A stretch of 35,600 bases of DNA from Planctomycetota bacterium (GTDB lineage Bacteria; Planctomycetota; MHYJ01; JACQXL01). Below the pieces are notes generated by a model. That model was not told the DNA's origin. It was given only the letters and a program-made list of their open reading frames with translations, and did no database searches. Where the stretch lies: contig JAZDFP010000035.1 in assembly GCA_043807745.1 (NCBI GenBank), positions 1 to 35,600 of the forward strand, in the 5' to 3' direction. Shown here piece after piece: positions 34,094 through 35,600 of the stretch. Both the position numbers and the translations under genes were made by a program. Within the stretch, counting starts at the first letter, position 1; each line of letters begins with the position of its first letter.

Positions 34094-35131
34094 ATGACCA
34101 GTATCAATGCCATAAAGTTTGATGATTATTCAGGTGTGATGGTCTGCGACGAACAGCGCAGTTGGGGTCCGGAGGATATGAAGATATTCTGCGCCTATAA
34201 AATCAGACCCTGCATTCCACCTGAGATTCAGAAAGATTACGGCATTGTGGCTGCCTACGGTAATACCGGAACATCCACCATCGGCGATGAACTCAAATTC
34301 ACCATCAAGCAGAGAGTCAAGGAGGAATACGAAAAGGAATTAGAGCGTCTGGGCAAAAAACCCAAGCAATTCAAGACCATAGAAGAAATTGCCGGACTTA
34401 CTTTTGATGTGATTACCAAGATGAAACATACCCATATCAACCAGGAAATGAAAGGCAAATACGGTTTTACGACCAACGATTTCTGCCGCGGTTTTTATCT
34501 TAAGGACGGCAAGAAGATAGAAATTACGGATAAAGATATTGCCCGCCAGGTGGATGAAATGCTTACCTGGAAGAGCCGCGGTGAATTGGCACGGGCGGTA
34601 TTCCTTAATGCCGGTATTGTCGCCGGTTTTGAACCGCGTGAAGGATTCAAGATATTCCATTTTTCAATGATTGAGATGTACTGGACGCCGGTCCAGGGTA
34701 TCTTTGTGGCAGACGGCTCAGGTTGCGATACGGTCAATCTCCGGATGGCTGAATTTGCTGCAAATAAATCCATACCCGAACGGCGCGGTAATATTGACCC
34801 TGTAGAAGGATTGGTAGCCATCATAGATGCGGTCAATACTGCTTCGTTTCATAATCTTGGGGTGGGCGGATATTACAATATCATCTGGTTCAACGGCCGT
34901 GCCAAGAATAATATGGAAAAGATGGTGGAGATTAACGACCATCGTTCTAAATTAACCAGCGAGATTGTTTCCGCATTATACGAGGATTTCATATCGCAGG
35001 ATACCGCATTCAAATTGGTTAATGAATTGATTTATCAAGGCAAACCCTACGAACAGATCAATGAGCAACTCTTCAAGAAGACCCGCGACCCGAAACGTTT
35101 ATCCCGTTTCCTCAGAGGCTACAAAATCTAA
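34094..35131 (+). CDS. Proteasome-beta/HslV-like Ntn-hydrolase-fold protein, predicted active paralog (Thr at position 2)
   Basis: The 345-aa protein starts MTSINAIKFDDYSGVMVCDEQRSWG, compared with E. coli HslV [24 protein letters not shown] as I remember it. Further matches are YKIRP (Lys33-like), IVAGFEP..., VADGSGCD (GSG motif) and EGLVAIIDAVNTAS...LGVGGYYNIIWF. An in-frame TGA 7 nt upstream fixes the ATG as the only possible start. Confidence 0.65.
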   Translation: MTSINAIKFDDYSGVMVCDEQRSWGPEDMKIFCAYKIRPCIPPEIQKDYGIVAAYGNTGTSTIGDELKFTIKQRVKEEYEKELERLGKKPKQFKTIEEIAGLTFDVITKMKHTHINQEMKGKYGFTTNDFCRGFYLKDGKKIEITDKDIARQVDEMLTWKSRGELARAVFLNAGIVAGFEPREGFKIFHFSMIEMYWTPVQGIFVADGSGCDTVNLRMAEFAANKSIPERRGNIDPVEGLVAIIDAVNTASFHNLGVGGYYNIIWFNGRAKNNMEKMVEINDHRSKLTSEIVSALYEDFISQDTAFKLVNELIYQGKPYEQINEQLFKKTRDPKRLSRFLRGYKI

Positions 35132-35171
35132 CGATTGGTTTCATTCTGAATAATAATGAAAGGAGATAAAA

Positions 35172-35600
35172 ATGGATAATTTAAAACATTGGCTGAAAGT
35201 TGGTGGCAAAATTGTTATCGTGCCTATATTGTTCATCGGGGTTATCCAGATATGGCATTCTGTTATCGCCCAGGAAAAACCGGCTGGTCCATATTTTACT
35301 GAGGTAACCAAAGAATTAGGGCTGGGCGAAGCAAGGGCATACAGATTGTCCGCGGCAGATGTTAATGGTGATAGTTATCAGGACCTGGCAATTCATGTTG
35401 GAACAGACCTCAGAAAGGCTACATTCTTCTACCTTAATAAAAGAGGCAAGATGTTTACCGACTTCACTAAAGAATCAGGTGTCCGTGCTAATCGCGACCC
35501 GGCAATAGACGGCCGTCGGTCTTCCTTGATGGTATTTGGGGATATAGATAATGACGGCGATATGGATATGTTTTCCGGAGTCCATGTCCATCGCCGTGAG
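35172..35600 (+). CDS. FG-GAP/VCBS-repeat (CRTAC1/ASPIC-like) protein, 5' partial, running off the window
   Basis: AAAGGAGAT RBS, ATG at 35172 and an N-terminal TM/signal segment. It carries DVNGDSYQDL and GDIDNDGDMDMF calcium-binding FG-GAP-type motifs. The frame stays open to 35600. This ORF is not in the supplied track. Confidence 0.7.
   Translation, partial: MDNLKHWLKVGGKIVIVPILFIGVIQIWHSVIAQEKPAGPYFTEVTKELGLGEARAYRLSAADVNGDSYQDLAIHVGTDLRKATFFYLNKRGKMFTDFTKESGVRANRDPAIDGRRSSLMVFGDIDNDGDMDMFSGVHVHRRE

Overview
This 35.6-kb window looks like a chromosomal fragment of an uncultured, low-GC Gram-negative bacterium. The gene content suggests a PVC/Omnitrophota-like lineage, but that is inference only. 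I support about 29 CDS.

Gene content, left to right:
- Two Cys-rich heavy-metal-binding proteins.
- A secreted HEAT-repeat protein and a TraF/PorV-like outer-membrane barrel.
- yidD-waaA, then translationally coupled metK-ahcY.
- A prepilin-like protein.
- A tightly packed nine-gene minus-strand block: sugar nucleotidyltransferase, pilM-pilN-pilO, a 561-aa gene in the pilP position, pilQ, DUF2344, WbqC, and a WecA/MraY-like gene.
- A PflX-like radical SAM gene, mutM (fpg), and a VanZ-like gene.
- A prenyltransferase-repeat protein and a lipoprotein with KPKQDD repeats.
- A 1341-aa modular surface lipoprotein ending in a 7-bladed propeller.
- A partial FG-GAP protein at the right edge.

I saw no rRNA, tRNA, CRISPR array, transposase or integrase.

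The most interesting locus is at 32.2-35.1 kb. It holds two diverged paralogs (365 and 345 aa) whose motif pattern matches the proteasome-beta/HslV Ntn-hydrolase fold, with large insertions and a helical C-terminal tail. One paralog has Thr directly after Met and looks catalytic. The other has Ala there and lacks the Lys33 equivalent, so it looks like a pseudo-enzyme. A four-helix-bundle (IVS/Avd-like) gene cassette bounded by inverted repeats separates them. A 5 x 21-bp phased repeat array and a promoter that would give a leaderless mRNA lie upstream.

The second theme is a set of GC-rich palindromic mini-elements. They fill the intergenic regions and appear to be inserted in frame into waaA (twice), the radical SAM gene, and possibly metK.

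All calls rest on reading the sequence and on remembered family motifs. No searches were run.
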